The translations under genes and the position numbers were made by a program. 64,000 nt of DNA from an uncultured delta proteobacterium (GTDB lineage Bacteria > Desulfobacterota > Desulfuromonadia > Geobacterales > Pseudopelobacteraceae): NCBI GenBank assembly GCA_963772835.1, contig CAVYYZ010000011.1, positions 256,001-320,000 on the forward strand, written 5' to 3'. A model generated the notes under the pieces. The model was not told where the DNA came from. It made no database searches and saw only the letters and a list, made by a program, of their open reading frames with translations. Of the stretch, positions 19,686 to 30,261 are shown one piece after another; within the stretch, counting starts at the first letter, position 1; every line of letters starts with the position of its first letter.

Positions 19686-20227
19686 TTCTGCTCACCTCCA
19701 TATGTGCTTTCCAGCTCATCTGGATGTTCGCTTGCATAAAGCGCCAACTCGGGCTGATCTGATACGGTAAACAGTTTTATGATGTTGTGGATAAAGTGAA
19801 TTATGCTCAAGGAAAGCCCGACCGGCATGGCGATGTACGGGATATACATAGGAATTCGCATCGCGGGAGAAAGCTGCTCGTACTCCATGGTATCCTTGAT
19901 AAAATCAATGCTGGTGTAGACCAGGATCCCGATTACAACAACCCCGATCAGATTCAGCAGCACCTCTGAAGCAAGTTTCAACTTGTGCGGCAGGAAACGT
20001 ATTATTGCATCGACGCCGATATGCTGATTTTTTCTGACTCCTATTGCCACACCGATAAAGATTGACCAGACCACCAGGAAGCGTGACAGCTCCTCGGACC
20101 AGATCGGGGTATAACTGAAACCATAGCGTGACACGACATTGGCGAAGACCAGCAATGAAACAATTGTCATTGAAATGACTGCAATACTGTTTTCGATCCA
20201 TTCAAGTGGCTTGATCAGCCTGTTCAT
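19682..20227 (-). CDS. dctQ: TRAP transporter small permease
   Basis: WSEELSRF, HIGVD, four TMs; ATG at 20227 with GGAGG RBS. Confidence 0.9.
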   Translation of the reverse strand: MNRLIKPLEWIENSIAVISMTIVSLLVFANVVSRYGFSYTPIWSEELSRFLVVWSIFIGVAIGVRKNQHIGVDAIIRFLPHKLKLASEVLLNLIGVVVIGILVYTSIDFIKDTMEYEQLSPAMRIPMYIPYIAMPVGLSLSIIHFIHNIIKLFTVSDQPELALYASEHPDELESTYGGEQK

Positions 20228-20307
20228 ACTGGATTCCTCCAAATATTTAGTGTCTTCAAAACTTGTTTTATAAATATATAATAAGTTTTGATACAACGTT
20301 TCCAAAA

Positions 20308-20346
20308 CATGTCTTACCAATTAATCTTTTTTCAAATGTCTGTCAA
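20308..20346 (-). promoter_or_regulatory. dctQ promoter with GntR-type operator
   Basis: Minus strand TTGACA-N17-TAATTGGTAAGACATG. Confidence 0.65.
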
Positions 20347-20375
20347 GATATATTTTAAATATATAAAAAACCTTA

Positions 20376-20457
20376 TTGACACAGTAATGTAGATGATTTA
20401 CCGTAAAGGCAGTTCCTGTAGTGCAAATAAATATATCAAACTTACCTGTTTACCAAT
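20376..20457 (+). promoter_or_regulatory. Putative lutC promoter with downstream operator half-site
   Basis: TTGACA(20376)-N17-TACCGT; TACCAAT half-site at 20451-20457. Confidence 0.45.
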
Positions 20458-20527
20458 ATGTAATAACAATCTAAAAATAGATGTAAATAAAAAACAGGTA
20501 TATACTTGAAAACAAGAGGTGGGAACT

Positions 20528-21076
20528 ATGTACCAGCAATTTAAAGCCAGGGCGGAAGCTGTGAGTGCAGAAGTATACCGTTTTGAAACGAAGGCAGAGG
20601 CACTTGCTCATGTGATTGGGTTTTTGCATGCAGAAGGTATTGCCGATAGGCCCGATTCTCTTGCCCTCTGGGCTGAATGTCCCTTTCTTACCGGAATAGA
20701 TCGAAATGCGTTTCATGGAGTTGACGGATTGAAGATTGAGGTTACGCGTGAGCTGGCAGCGAAAGCCCGCTTCGGTATAAGCCAGATGGAGTGGGCATTG
20801 GCGGATACGGGTTCTCTGGCGCAGAACTCCACCGCTATTGAACAACGCCTTGTGTCGTCTCTATCGTCCATTCATATTGCATTGGTGCCGACAAGTGGAA
20901 TACTTCCGGATATGTCGGCACTGTTATCGAGAGTTAGCCCGAAAGAGTGCGCGTACCTTGCTCTTATAACCGGACCGAGTCGGACGGCAGATATTGAACG
21001 AGTGCTGACAATCGGTGTGCATGGGCCTGACCGGCTGATTATCGTTTTTATTGATGAGCTTGGAGGTACTAACTGA
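20528..21076 (+). CDS. lutC: LUD-domain lactate utilisation protein C (LutC/YkgG)
   Basis: ALADTGSL, ITGPSRTADIERVLTIGVHGP. Confidence 0.9.
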   Translation: MYQQFKARAEAVSAEVYRFETKAEALAHVIGFLHAEGIADRPDSLALWAECPFLTGIDRNAFHGVDGLKIEVTRELAAKARFGISQMEWALADTGSLAQNSTAIEQRLVSSLSSIHIALVPTSGILPDMSALLSRVSPKECAYLALITGPSRTADIERVLTIGVHGPDRLIIVFIDELGGTN

Positions 21077-23211
21077 TGGGTACTGAATTCAAGGAATCTA
21101 TTTCCAGAGCGGTACATAATGCCAACCTGACCGGAGCTCTTGGTAAATTTTCCGAGGCGTATAAGGTCAACCGTGCCAAGGCGTATGAAGGGATTGATTT
21201 TGAGGAACTGCGGGGGAGAATAGCCGATCTTAAATCCTATGCCGCGTCGCATCTGGATGAACTTTCGGAACAGTTCACAAGGAACGCCGAAGCCTGCGGC
21301 GCCACAGTGTTCCGGACAAAAGACCCGGCCAAGGTCAGGGAATATATCCTGAAGGTTGCCAAGGACAACAACGTCGCGTCTGTAGTGAAATCTAAATCGA
21401 TGGCAACCGAGGAAATTCACCTCAATCCGTATCTGGAAAAAGCCGGTATCGAAGTAGTGGAAACCGATCTTGGCGAGTGGATTATCCAGCTGGCCGGGCA
21501 GACCCCTTCGCATATGGTTATGCCGGCTATTCATATGACAAAGGAGGAGGTTTCAGACCTGTTCAGCAAGGAGGTCAATGAACGGCTGACGTCGGATATT
21601 CCAAGGCTTGTCAAGGTAGCCCGTGAAAAACTGCGACCTTCTTTTCTGGCCGCAGATATGGGTATCTCGGGAGGGAATATCGCAGTTGCGGAGACCGGCA
21701 GCATCGTTCTTATGACAAATGAGGGTAATGCCCGTCTGGTCACATCACTCCCCCGCATTCATATCGCACTTGTCGGTATCGAAAAACTGATCGAAAAGTA
21801 TGCAGATGTCGCTACAATTTTAAAAGCATTACCACGAAGCGCCACCGCGCAGTTGCTGACCAGCTATGTTTCAATTATTACCGGCCCGACGCCTAATCCG
21901 GACGGGAGTATGAAAGACCTGCATATTATACTTATGGATAACCGGCGCAGCGAGATGGCGGCAGACCCGAAATTCAAACAGGCGCTGCAGTGCATCCGCT
22001 GCGCTTCCTGTTTAAATGTATGCCCGATTTTTCGGCTTGTTGGCGGACATGTATTCGGTAAGGTGTATACCGGAGGTATCGGAACAATTCTGACCGCCTG
22101 GTTCGATGAGCTGAAAAAATCAGAGGAAATCCAGGGACTCTGTATTCAGTGCGGCGCCTGCAAGGATGTCTGCCCCGGAAAGATAGATATTCCGGATCTG
22201 ATTATGGAGATCCGGCGACGACTGGTTCAGGATCAGGGGCTTCCACTGTTGCAGAAAACAATCTATGCGGTGGTAAATAACCGAAAACTCTTCCACGGAA
22301 TGTTGCGCGCCGCCTCAATTGCCGGAAAGCCGTTTACAACGGGTAAGTTTGTCCGTCATCTACCGCTGTTTCTGGCCGACTTGACCGATGGTCGCAGCCT
22401 TCCGGCAATTGCAGCAGAACCATTCAGAGATCGTTTTAAAAAAATAAAACAGCCGAAACTGAAAGAAAAAGCAGCGTTTTATGCGGGGTGTCTGATTGAT
22501 TTTGCATATCCGGAAATGGGAGAATCTCTGATAAAAATACTCAATAAGGGTGGTATCGAGGTCGTATTTCCTGACGACCAGACCTGCTGCGGTGCACCGG
22601 CGCGTTACAACGGCGCCTATGAGGTGGCCGCCAGTAACGCTGTCGACAACATCAAAGCCCTGTTACGGGAAGATGTCACGTATGTGGTGTCGGCCTGCCC
22701 GACCTGTACCGTGGCGCTTGATCATGAATTTATCAGTACGTTTGAAAGCCTCGGCCAGACGGAATGGATTCCCAAGGCAAAAACTCTTGCGGCAAAAACG
22801 GTCGACTTGTCCACACTGGTGACAAAGTTGGTCAATGAGGGACGTCTGTCGCTGAAGGAGGGGCGAAAGCTTGGTAAAATAACCTATCATGATTCCTGCC
22901 ATCTGAAACGGACGCTTAGAGTGTCTGAACAGCCAAGGGAATTGCTGCAGAAAGCCGGGTATGAACTGACCGAAATGTTCGAGTGTGATACCTGCTGCGG
23001 CATGGGCGGGTCATATTCGATGAAGCTGCCGGAAATATCAGCGCCGATTCTTCAACGCAAGCTCAGAAATATCAAGGATACCGGTGCTCCTATAGTTGCA
23101 ATGGATTGCCCCGGTTGCGTTATGCAGATCAGGGGTGGGATGGATCAGGAAGGATCCGCAATTGAAGTCAAACATACTGCGGAGATTCTCGCGGAACAAT
23201 TGGATTTATAA
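21076..23211 (+). CDS. lutB: L-lactate dehydrogenase large subunit: LutB/LldF-like domain fused to CCG (LutA-like) domains
   Basis: KSKSMATEE, ETDLGEWIIQ, PSHMVMPAIH, NEGNAR, CIRCASCLNVCP, then CCGAP, YHDSCH, CCGMGG. Confidence 0.88.
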   Translation: MGTEFKESISRAVHNANLTGALGKFSEAYKVNRAKAYEGIDFEELRGRIADLKSYAASHLDELSEQFTRNAEACGATVFRTKDPAKVREYILKVAKDNNVASVVKSKSMATEEIHLNPYLEKAGIEVVETDLGEWIIQLAGQTPSHMVMPAIHMTKEEVSDLFSKEVNERLTSDIPRLVKVAREKLRPSFLAADMGISGGNIAVAETGSIVLMTNEGNARLVTSLPRIHIALVGIEKLIEKYADVATILKALPRSATAQLLTSYVSIITGPTPNPDGSMKDLHIILMDNRRSEMAADPKFKQALQCIRCASCLNVCPIFRLVGGHVFGKVYTGGIGTILTAWFDELKKSEEIQGLCIQCGACKDVCPGKIDIPDLIMEIRRRLVQDQGLPLLQKTIYAVVNNRKLFHGMLRAASIAGKPFTTGKFVRHLPLFLADLTDGRSLPAIAAEPFRDRFKKIKQPKLKEKAAFYAGCLIDFAYPEMGESLIKILNKGGIEVVFPDDQTCCGAPARYNGAYEVAASNAVDNIKALLREDVTYVVSACPTCTVALDHEFISTFESLGQTEWIPKAKTLAAKTVDLSTLVTKLVNEGRLSLKEGRKLGKITYHDSCHLKRTLRVSEQPRELLQKAGYELTEMFECDTCCGMGGSYSMKLPEISAPILQRKLRNIKDTGAPIVAMDCPGCVMQIRGGMDQEGSAIEVKHTAEILAEQLDL

Positions 23212-23308
23212 AAAACACTCAAACGTCATGTTGTTTGTCACGGAGATTATTAACTGATATTTCTTGATAAGGATAACCGCTGGACGAATTTGAGCGGGGA
23301 CGGAGAAT

Positions 23309-23344
23309 TAATAAAAAGGCGGCCTTTCGGTCGCCTTTTTATTA
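23309..23344. terminator. Bidirectional intrinsic terminator between convergent lutB and sucD
   Basis: ATAAAAAGGCGGCC-tttc-GGTCGCCTTTTTAT. Confidence 0.85.
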
Positions 23345-23361
23345 TAATACCAGCATAATTG

Positions 23362-24234
23362 TTACGGTTTATACACTTTCATAAGCGCCTGCGCCATCTC
23401 AGCCGGGCTGGCAGCTACGCTGATGCCGCACTCTTCCAGCACCGCCACCTTTTCGGCCGCAGTACCCTTGCCGCCCGAGATAATTGCTCCGGCATGACCC
23501 ATGCGTTTGCCGGGGGGGGCGGTGACGCCGGCTATGTATGCCGCCACCGGTTTGGTCATATGCTCCTTGACGAAGTATGCCCCTTCTTCTTCGGATGTAC
23601 CGCCGATTTCTCCGATCATGATGACCGCATCGGTGTTCGGATCCTCCTGGAACATTCTCAGCACTTCGAGATGATTGGTGCCGTTGACCGGATCGCCGCC
23701 GATACCGACGCAGGTCGATTGGCCGAGGCCGAGACAGGTGAGCTGCCAGACAGCTTCATAGGTCAATGTGCCGGAACGGGAGACAACACCGACCCTTCCC
23801 GGTTTATGGATATAGCCGGGCATGATGCCGATCTTGCATTCGCCGGGGGTGATGACGCCGGGGCAGTTAGGCCCGATCAGTCGGGTGTTTTTGCCGACCA
23901 TGTACTGTTTGACCTTGACCATGTCGAGTACCGGGATCCCTTCAGTGATGCAGCAGACCAGTTCTATGCCGGCATCGACAGCTTCCATAATCGAATCTGC
24001 TGCAAACGGAGGCGGAACGTAGATGACACTGGCCGTGGCGCCGGTCTTTTGTATGGCCTCAATGACGGTATCATATACCGGAAAGCCGTCGATGATTGTG
24101 CCCCCCTTACCGGGTGTGACGCCGCCTACCATCCGGGTGCCGTATTCACGTGCTCCCTGGGCGTGAAACAGTCCGGTAGCACCGGTAATCCCCTGGGTGA
24201 TAACTTTAGTGTCTTTATTTATCAGAATACTCAT
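23362..24234 (-). CDS. sucD: Succinyl-CoA synthetase alpha subunit
   Basis: [26 protein letters not shown] (phospho-His). Confidence 0.95.
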   Translation of the reverse strand: MSILINKDTKVITQGITGATGLFHAQGAREYGTRMVGGVTPGKGGTIIDGFPVYDTVIEAIQKTGATASVIYVPPPFAADSIMEAVDAGIELVCCITEGIPVLDMVKVKQYMVGKNTRLIGPNCPGVITPGECKIGIMPGYIHKPGRVGVVSRSGTLTYEAVWQLTCLGLGQSTCVGIGGDPVNGTNHLEVLRMFQEDPNTDAVIMIGEIGGTSEEEGAYFVKEHMTKPVAAYIAGVTAPPGKRMGHAGAIISGGKGTAAEKVAVLEECGISVAASPAEMAQALMKVYKP

Positions 24235-25403
24235 TAGTTGGCTCCTTTCACGGCCTGGACAATTTTTTGCGCTGCGTCGGCCATGCCGTCGGCGGAAACA
24301 ATATTTAATCCGCTCTCGGCCAGGATTTCCTTGCCTCTGGCTACGTTGGTTCCTTCGAGACGGACCACCAGCGGCACATTGAGGGACACCTGTTTGGCAG
24401 CCTCTACAACTCCGGTGGCGATGATGTCACATTTCATGATGCCGCCGAAGATATTGACCAGGATCCCTTTGACGTTTTTGTCAGAGAGAATGATCTTGAA
24501 TGCTTCGGTGACGCGTTCGATGGTTGCTCCGCCGCCGACGTCAAGAAAGTTGGCCGGGTCACCGCTGTAATGTTTGATAATATCCATTGTTGCCATGGCC
24601 AAGCCTGCGCCGTTTACGAGGCAGCCAATATTGCCGGTGAGGGATACGTAGGAGAGGTCATGCTGGGATGCTTCGACTTCATTCGGGTCTTCTTCATCAT
24701 AGTCACGCATGTCGCCGATCTTGTGGTGACGGAAGATGGCGTTGTCGTCGAAGCCGAACTTTGCATCCAGGGCGATCAGGTTGTTTTCAGCGGTGATTAC
24801 GAGTGGATTGATCTCCAGCATGGAACAGTCGCAGCCGATAAAGGTTTCATAGAGTCCCTGCAACACTGCCACCGCTTTGTTGACGAGTTTTCCGCTCATC
24901 CCGAGGCTGAAGGCGATCTTGCGGCATTGGAACGGAGTCAGGCCGACCAGAGGATCAATCGCTTCGGTGAAGATTTTTTCGGGAGTCGAAGCTGCTACCT
25001 CTTCGATGTCCATGCCTCCTTCGGTGGAGGCCATGACGGTGACTCTGGAGGTGGTACGGTCAACAAGCAGGCTGACGTAGAGTTCACTGGCGATGTTGCA
25101 GCCGTTTTCCACCAGCACCCTGGTAACCAGTTTACCTTCCGGGGCCGTCTGGTGGGTGCGGAGGGTCATGCCGAGCATTTCGCGGGCAATGTTGCGCACT
25201 TCGTCGGCGGTGCGGGCAAGCTTGACGCCGCCCCCTTTGCCTCTGCCGCCGGCGTGAATCTGTGCCTTGACAACCCACGGACCATCACCTAAACGTTTTG
25301 CCCACTCGCGCGCTCCGGCGCTGTTGTAGCATACGTGCCCGTCGGGGACCGGTACACCGAACTTTCGTAAGATAGCTTTTGCCTGATACTCGTGAATATT
25401 CAT
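24234..25403 (-). CDS. sucC: Succinyl-CoA synthetase beta subunit
   Basis: [44 protein letters not shown]. Confidence 0.95.
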   Translation of the reverse strand: MNIHEYQAKAILRKFGVPVPDGHVCYNSAGAREWAKRLGDGPWVVKAQIHAGGRGKGGGVKLARTADEVRNIAREMLGMTLRTHQTAPEGKLVTRVLVENGCNIASELYVSLLVDRTTSRVTVMASTEGGMDIEEVAASTPEKIFTEAIDPLVGLTPFQCRKIAFSLGMSGKLVNKAVAVLQGLYETFIGCDCSMLEINPLVITAENNLIALDAKFGFDDNAIFRHHKIGDMRDYDEEDPNEVEASQHDLSYVSLTGNIGCLVNGAGLAMATMDIIKHYSGDPANFLDVGGGATIERVTEAFKIILSDKNVKGILVNIFGGIMKCDIIATGVVEAAKQVSLNVPLVVRLEGTNVARGKEILAESGLNIVSADGMADAAQKIVQAVKGAN

Positions 25404-25516
25404 AAAAAGCTCCTGTTGTGATTACTGGTATCCCGCTTCGGTCTTATGTAACCGGGCGAACATCGGGTCCGCTGGCTATATTGGCTACTCTAGCGGGATA
25501 CTTTAAGTTAAATGGC

Positions 25517-25555
25517 AAGGTAATACCAATTATTCCTTTGAATGTTTAAAGTCAA
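25517..25555 (-). promoter_or_regulatory. sucC promoter with GntR-type operator
   Basis: Minus strand TTGACT-N17-TAATTGGTATTACC; ATTGGTATTACC is identical to 12 bp of the glcD operator. Confidence 0.7.
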
Positions 25556-25816
25556 CTCTTTTTAGTTATTTGAAAAAAAAGTGGCCATTAACATGCCAGT
25601 GATGATTATCATCATTCATGTTATTTTTTACATAAATAGTGTAAAAGTTGTATAAAAAACAGATAGATAATTATAATCTTATTGTATTTAAATATAATTA
25701 ATGCTGGACAGTATATTTACTATTAATAAATAACTCATCGGAGTTTAATAGTATGATGAAATATTCATAACATTGTTTTTGATTGAAAATGCAAAAAACT
25801 AAGGTATGCTTTGCAC

Positions 25817-27076
25817 ATGATAACTACAACAACTCTCGATAATGGCGTCCGCATCGTCACTCAAAACATTGAGTATATGCATACAGTAACAACCGGCATC
25901 TGGGTGGCGAACGGCACACGTCATGAAGCTCCTGCTGATAACGGTGTTGCTCATTTTATCGAACATATGCTGTTTAAAGGGACAAAAAGACGCAGTGTTC
26001 ATCAGATCACCCGGGAGATAGACTCTATGGGGGGAATCCTGAATGCATTTACCGGACACGAGTATGTCTGTTATTATGCAAAAGTTCTGGCTAATTATCT
26101 CCCCCGTGCTGCCGACCTGCTGGCTGATATTTTTCTGAATTCGACTTTTCCGCTTGAAGAAATAGAACGTGAGCGCAGAGTTGTTCTTCAGGAAATAAAA
26201 ATGCGTGATGACTCTCCGGAAGAGTACATCCATGATCGATTTCATCAAAATTTCTGGCGAGGTCAAATGCTGGGCATGCCGGTGCTGGGAAGTCATGAAA
26301 CGGTTTCCGCATTTTCACGAGCATCAATCCTGTCCCATAAGAACAGCCGCTATCGTCCCCAGGATATTGTTATTGCAGCGGCCGGCAACGTGCGTCACGA
26401 TGAGCTTGTAAACATTCTGGCACCCCTGTTTTCCAGGTGTTCTTCACAGTGGCAGCCTGACTCAAAGGATACATTTCCCTCCACTGGAAAAGAGGTCAAT
26501 CTCATCGAACGGGAGATGGAGCAAACGCTTGTCTGTCTTGGCACGCGATCACTCCGCTATGATCATCAGGATCGATATACACTTTTTCTGTTGTCGACAA
26601 TTCTTGGTGGCGGGATGAGTTCACGACTTTTTCAGGAAATTCGCGAAAAGAAGGGGTTGGCATATTCTGTCTACTCTTACATAATTTCCCATGAAGACTC
26701 TGGGGCATTGGTGGTGTACGCTGGTACAGAGAGAGAGCATTGCATTGAAGTACTGGATATCGCACAACATGAGATGTCACGACTTGTTGCTGAAGAGGTG
26801 CCGCAGGATGAGCTTGACGCCGCCCGTGAACAGTTGAAAGGTAAAACTCTTATGTCGCTCGAAAGCAGCGACAGTTTGATGACCCGCCTGGCCAAAAACG
26901 AGATATATCTCCGGAAACAACAATCTATTGAAGATGTTCTCGCCAACTATGATGCTGTCGGCAGCAACGATATCCAGAGGGTGTCGCAACAATTGATCAA
27001 GAGTGACTATCTGCATCTTGAAGTTATGGGGCATATTTCTGATTTGGGCCTTTCAGCTGAAATGCTTGCGGTATAG
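25817..27076 (+). CDS. M16 (pitrilysin-family) zinc peptidase
   Basis: Inverted zincin HFIEH, LNAFT, SSRLFQEIREKKGLAY. Confidence 0.92.
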   Translation: MITTTTLDNGVRIVTQNIEYMHTVTTGIWVANGTRHEAPADNGVAHFIEHMLFKGTKRRSVHQITREIDSMGGILNAFTGHEYVCYYAKVLANYLPRAADLLADIFLNSTFPLEEIERERRVVLQEIKMRDDSPEEYIHDRFHQNFWRGQMLGMPVLGSHETVSAFSRASILSHKNSRYRPQDIVIAAAGNVRHDELVNILAPLFSRCSSQWQPDSKDTFPSTGKEVNLIEREMEQTLVCLGTRSLRYDHQDRYTLFLLSTILGGGMSSRLFQEIREKKGLAYSVYSYIISHEDSGALVVYAGTEREHCIEVLDIAQHEMSRLVAEEVPQDELDAAREQLKGKTLMSLESSDSLMTRLAKNEIYLRKQQSIEDVLANYDAVGSNDIQRVSQQLIKSDYLHLEVMGHISDLGLSAEMLAV

Positions 27077-27193
27077 TTATATCAGTAGGATACGTATTAT
27101 TCTCATTGAATTTTGTGTTAAATTGTATTTTGCAGATATCATGCTTGACCTGGTTCGATTTTAAATGCTAGTGTGTCCGCATTATATATTTCC

Positions 27194-27297
27194 CCTTTTA
27201 ATTTAGTCCGAGAGACTAACAAAGGCGACACAATGGTTTACACTGAATTCATACTGAAGAGGGTCTTGCCGCTTGGCGCGGGGAGGCTCTTTTTTTT
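27194..27297 (+). promoter_or_regulatory. PyrR-binding RNA element and attenuator terminator
   Basis: CCTTTTAATTTAGTCCGAGAGACTAACAAAGG resembles the PyrR binding loop; GC-rich hairpin with long T run at about 27257-27297 directly before pyrR. Confidence 0.85.
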
Positions 27298-27305
27298 GTG
27301 CCTAA

Positions 27306-27854
<549 letters not shown>

Positions 27855-27867
27855 GGGGTAAACGGGA

Positions 27868-28800
27868 ATGGCCGAATTCAAGCACAAGCACATTATTGCC
27901 CTGCGGGACCTGTCGAAAGAGGATATTGAATTATTAATATCAACTGCAGAAAACATGCGGGAGATCAATAGCCGGGACATCAAGAAAGTTCCGACACTGC
28001 GTGGCAAGACGATCATCAACCTTTTTTACGAAGCCTCAACGCGTACACGCACCTCGTTCGAAATAGCCGGCAAGCGGCTTTCAGCTGACACCGTCAATAT
28101 TACGACAGCTTCCAGTTCGGCAACCAAGGGAGAGACTCTCGCAGACACGGCTCTGAATCTGCTTGCGATGAAACCTGATATCATCGTCATGCGCCATTCC
28201 GTCTCCGGTTCTCATTATTTTCTGGCGAACAAGATAAACTGTTCAATCATCAACGCCGGTGACGGTGCCCATGAACACCCTTCGCAGGGGCTGCTTGATA
28301 TGCTGACCATGAAGGACCGTTTCGGGCGACTTGATGGCCTGAAGGTGGCGATAGTCGGGGACATAACTCACAGTCGAGTTGCCCGTTCCAATATTCAGGG
28401 GTTGACCAAGCTTGGTTCGTCGGTGTTTTTGGCAGGGCCGCCAACCATGATGCCACCAGGGGTGGAAAAGCTGGGTGATGTTACGGTCTGCTCGACGATG
28501 AACGAAGCGCTGCAGGACGCGGATGTAGTTATGATGCTGCGGATTCAGCAGGAACGTCAGGGCAAGACTCTCATGCCGAACGCCCGCGAATATTCCCGAT
28601 ATTTCGGGCTTAATCCGGGCAATATTAAACTGGCTAAACCGAACGCCATTGTCATGCATCCCGGTCCGATCAACCGCGGGGTGGAAATGTCCTCCAGCAT
28701 GGTTGACGGCACCCAGTCCTGGATTCTGAAGCAGGTTGAAAACGGCGTGGCGGTAAGGATGTCGATGTTGTATCACGTCTGCGGCGGCGAACTGGAATAA
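27868..28800 (+). CDS. pyrB: Aspartate carbamoyltransferase catalytic subunit
   Basis: [16 protein letters not shown]. Confidence 0.97.
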   Translation: MAEFKHKHIIALRDLSKEDIELLISTAENMREINSRDIKKVPTLRGKTIINLFYEASTRTRTSFEIAGKRLSADTVNITTASSSATKGETLADTALNLLAMKPDIIVMRHSVSGSHYFLANKINCSIINAGDGAHEHPSQGLLDMLTMKDRFGRLDGLKVAIVGDITHSRVARSNIQGLTKLGSSVFLAGPPTMMPPGVEKLGDVTVCSTMNEALQDADVVMMLRIQQERQGKTLMPNAREYSRYFGLNPGNIKLAKPNAIVMHPGPINRGVEMSSSMVDGTQSWILKQVENGVAVRMSMLYHVCGGELE

Positions 28801-28920
28801 ATCGGTCAATTTAACGCCAGCTCGGCGTAAGTCTTCGGGATTGCTTGTGCGGCGTAGCGGTGCTACGCCTCCTCGCCATCCCTCGACAGCCTTGATCTGA
28901 CGGGAAATTACCCGATTTTA
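28798..28920. repeat. About 120-bp palindromic intergenic element (REP/MITE-like)
   Basis: Terminal IRs AAATCGGTCAATTT / AAATTACCCGATTT and central hairpin GGCGTAGC-ggt-GCTACGCC. Confidence 0.7.
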
Positions 28921-28962
28921 CAAGTAATCAGCTTTGTAACTATTTTGGAACGAGGTGACTAT

Positions 28963-30237
28963 ATGAATCTTTTGATAAAAAACGGCCGGGTAATCGATCC
29001 TTCCCAGAAGATTGATGACATACTGGATGTACTGGTTGAAAACGGACTGATCAGGGAGATCGGCAAGGGGCTGGCTGCACCGGCCGGTTTTGAAGCGATT
29101 GATGCAACCGGAAAGTATGTCGTACCTGGTCTGATCGATATGCATGTTCATCTGCGTGATCCGGGTCTGGAGTACAAGGAAGACATCATTACCGGTACAA
29201 AGGCTGCGGTTGCCGGTGGTTTTACTTCGGTCTGCTGTATGCCCAATACCAAGCCGGTAATCGATAACAAAACGGTTGCCAGCTACATCATACATAAGGC
29301 CAAATCTGAAGGGTCCTGCAATGTTTTCCCTGTCGGTTCAATTACCTACGGACTTTCCGGGGATCGCATGTCGGAAATGGGTGAGTTAAAGGAATCCGGC
29401 TGTGTTGCTGTCTCCGATGATGGCAAGCCGGTCAATAACAGTGAATTGATGATGCGAACTCTACAGTACGCTGCCGGGATCGGAATAATGGTTATTTCCC
29501 ATGCCGAAGAATTGGAACTGGTGGGAGAGGGGGTTATGAATGAAGGCTTCACTTCCACCGAACTCGGGCTGAAGGGGATCCCGCGTGTCGCGGAAGATAT
29601 TGCAACGGCAAGAGAGACTCTGTTGGCAGAATATACCGGTACGCCGATTCATATCGCCCATGTTTCAACGAAAGGTTCTGTACGTATTATTCGTGAGGCC
29701 AAGGCGCGCGGAGTCAAGGTGACCTGTGAAACGGCTCCGCACTACTTCACACTGACAGATGACGCCGTGCGCGGCTACAACACCAACGCCAAGATGAATC
29801 CACCGTTACGGGAAGCAGATGATGTGGCCGCCATTAAGAAAGGACTGAGCGATGGCACCATTGATGCGATCGCCACAGATCATGCGCCTCACCATCAGGA
29901 TGAAAAAGATGTGGAGTTTAATGTTGCCATGAATGGCATAATCGGGCTGGAAACGTCTCTTTCGGTATCTCTTGCACTGGTTGACGAAGGTATTCTTACT
30001 CTTAATCAACTGATTGAGAAAATGTCATGTAACCCTTCGAATATACTCAGCCTTAATCGGGCTACATTGAAAGCCGGTGCAATTGCCGATATCACCCTGA
30101 TCGACCCGGCGATTGAGTGGGTTGTTGATGCGGACAGATTGGCCAGCAAATCAAAAAATTCACCCTGGCTTGGACAAAAACTTACTGGTGCTGCTGCAGC
30201 GACAATAGTAGGCGGCATGCTTGTGTACAAACGTTAA
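28963..30237 (+). CDS. pyrC: Dihydroorotase
   Basis: [27 protein letters not shown]. Confidence 0.95.
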   Translation: MNLLIKNGRVIDPSQKIDDILDVLVENGLIREIGKGLAAPAGFEAIDATGKYVVPGLIDMHVHLRDPGLEYKEDIITGTKAAVAGGFTSVCCMPNTKPVIDNKTVASYIIHKAKSEGSCNVFPVGSITYGLSGDRMSEMGELKESGCVAVSDDGKPVNNSELMMRTLQYAAGIGIMVISHAEELELVGEGVMNEGFTSTELGLKGIPRVAEDIATARETLLAEYTGTPIHIAHVSTKGSVRIIREAKARGVKVTCETAPHYFTLTDDAVRGYNTNAKMNPPLREADDVAAIKKGLSDGTIDAIATDHAPHHQDEKDVEFNVAMNGIIGLETSLSVSLALVDEGILTLNQLIEKMSCNPSNILSLNRATLKAGAIADITLIDPAIEWVVDADRLASKSKNSPWLGQKLTGAAAATIVGGMLVYKR

Positions 30238-30261
30238 AAACAAAATCAGGAGAGGCAGTCT

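Noticed and set aside
23359..25292. Plus-strand ORFs of 292, 110 and 240 aa
   Set aside because: Antisense to sucD/sucC, an artefact of codon bias.
25560..25800. Very AT-rich stretch as a possible origin, CRISPR leader or small ORF
   Set aside because: No DnaA-box cluster, repeat-spacer array or credible ORF; consistent with a divergent promoter region.
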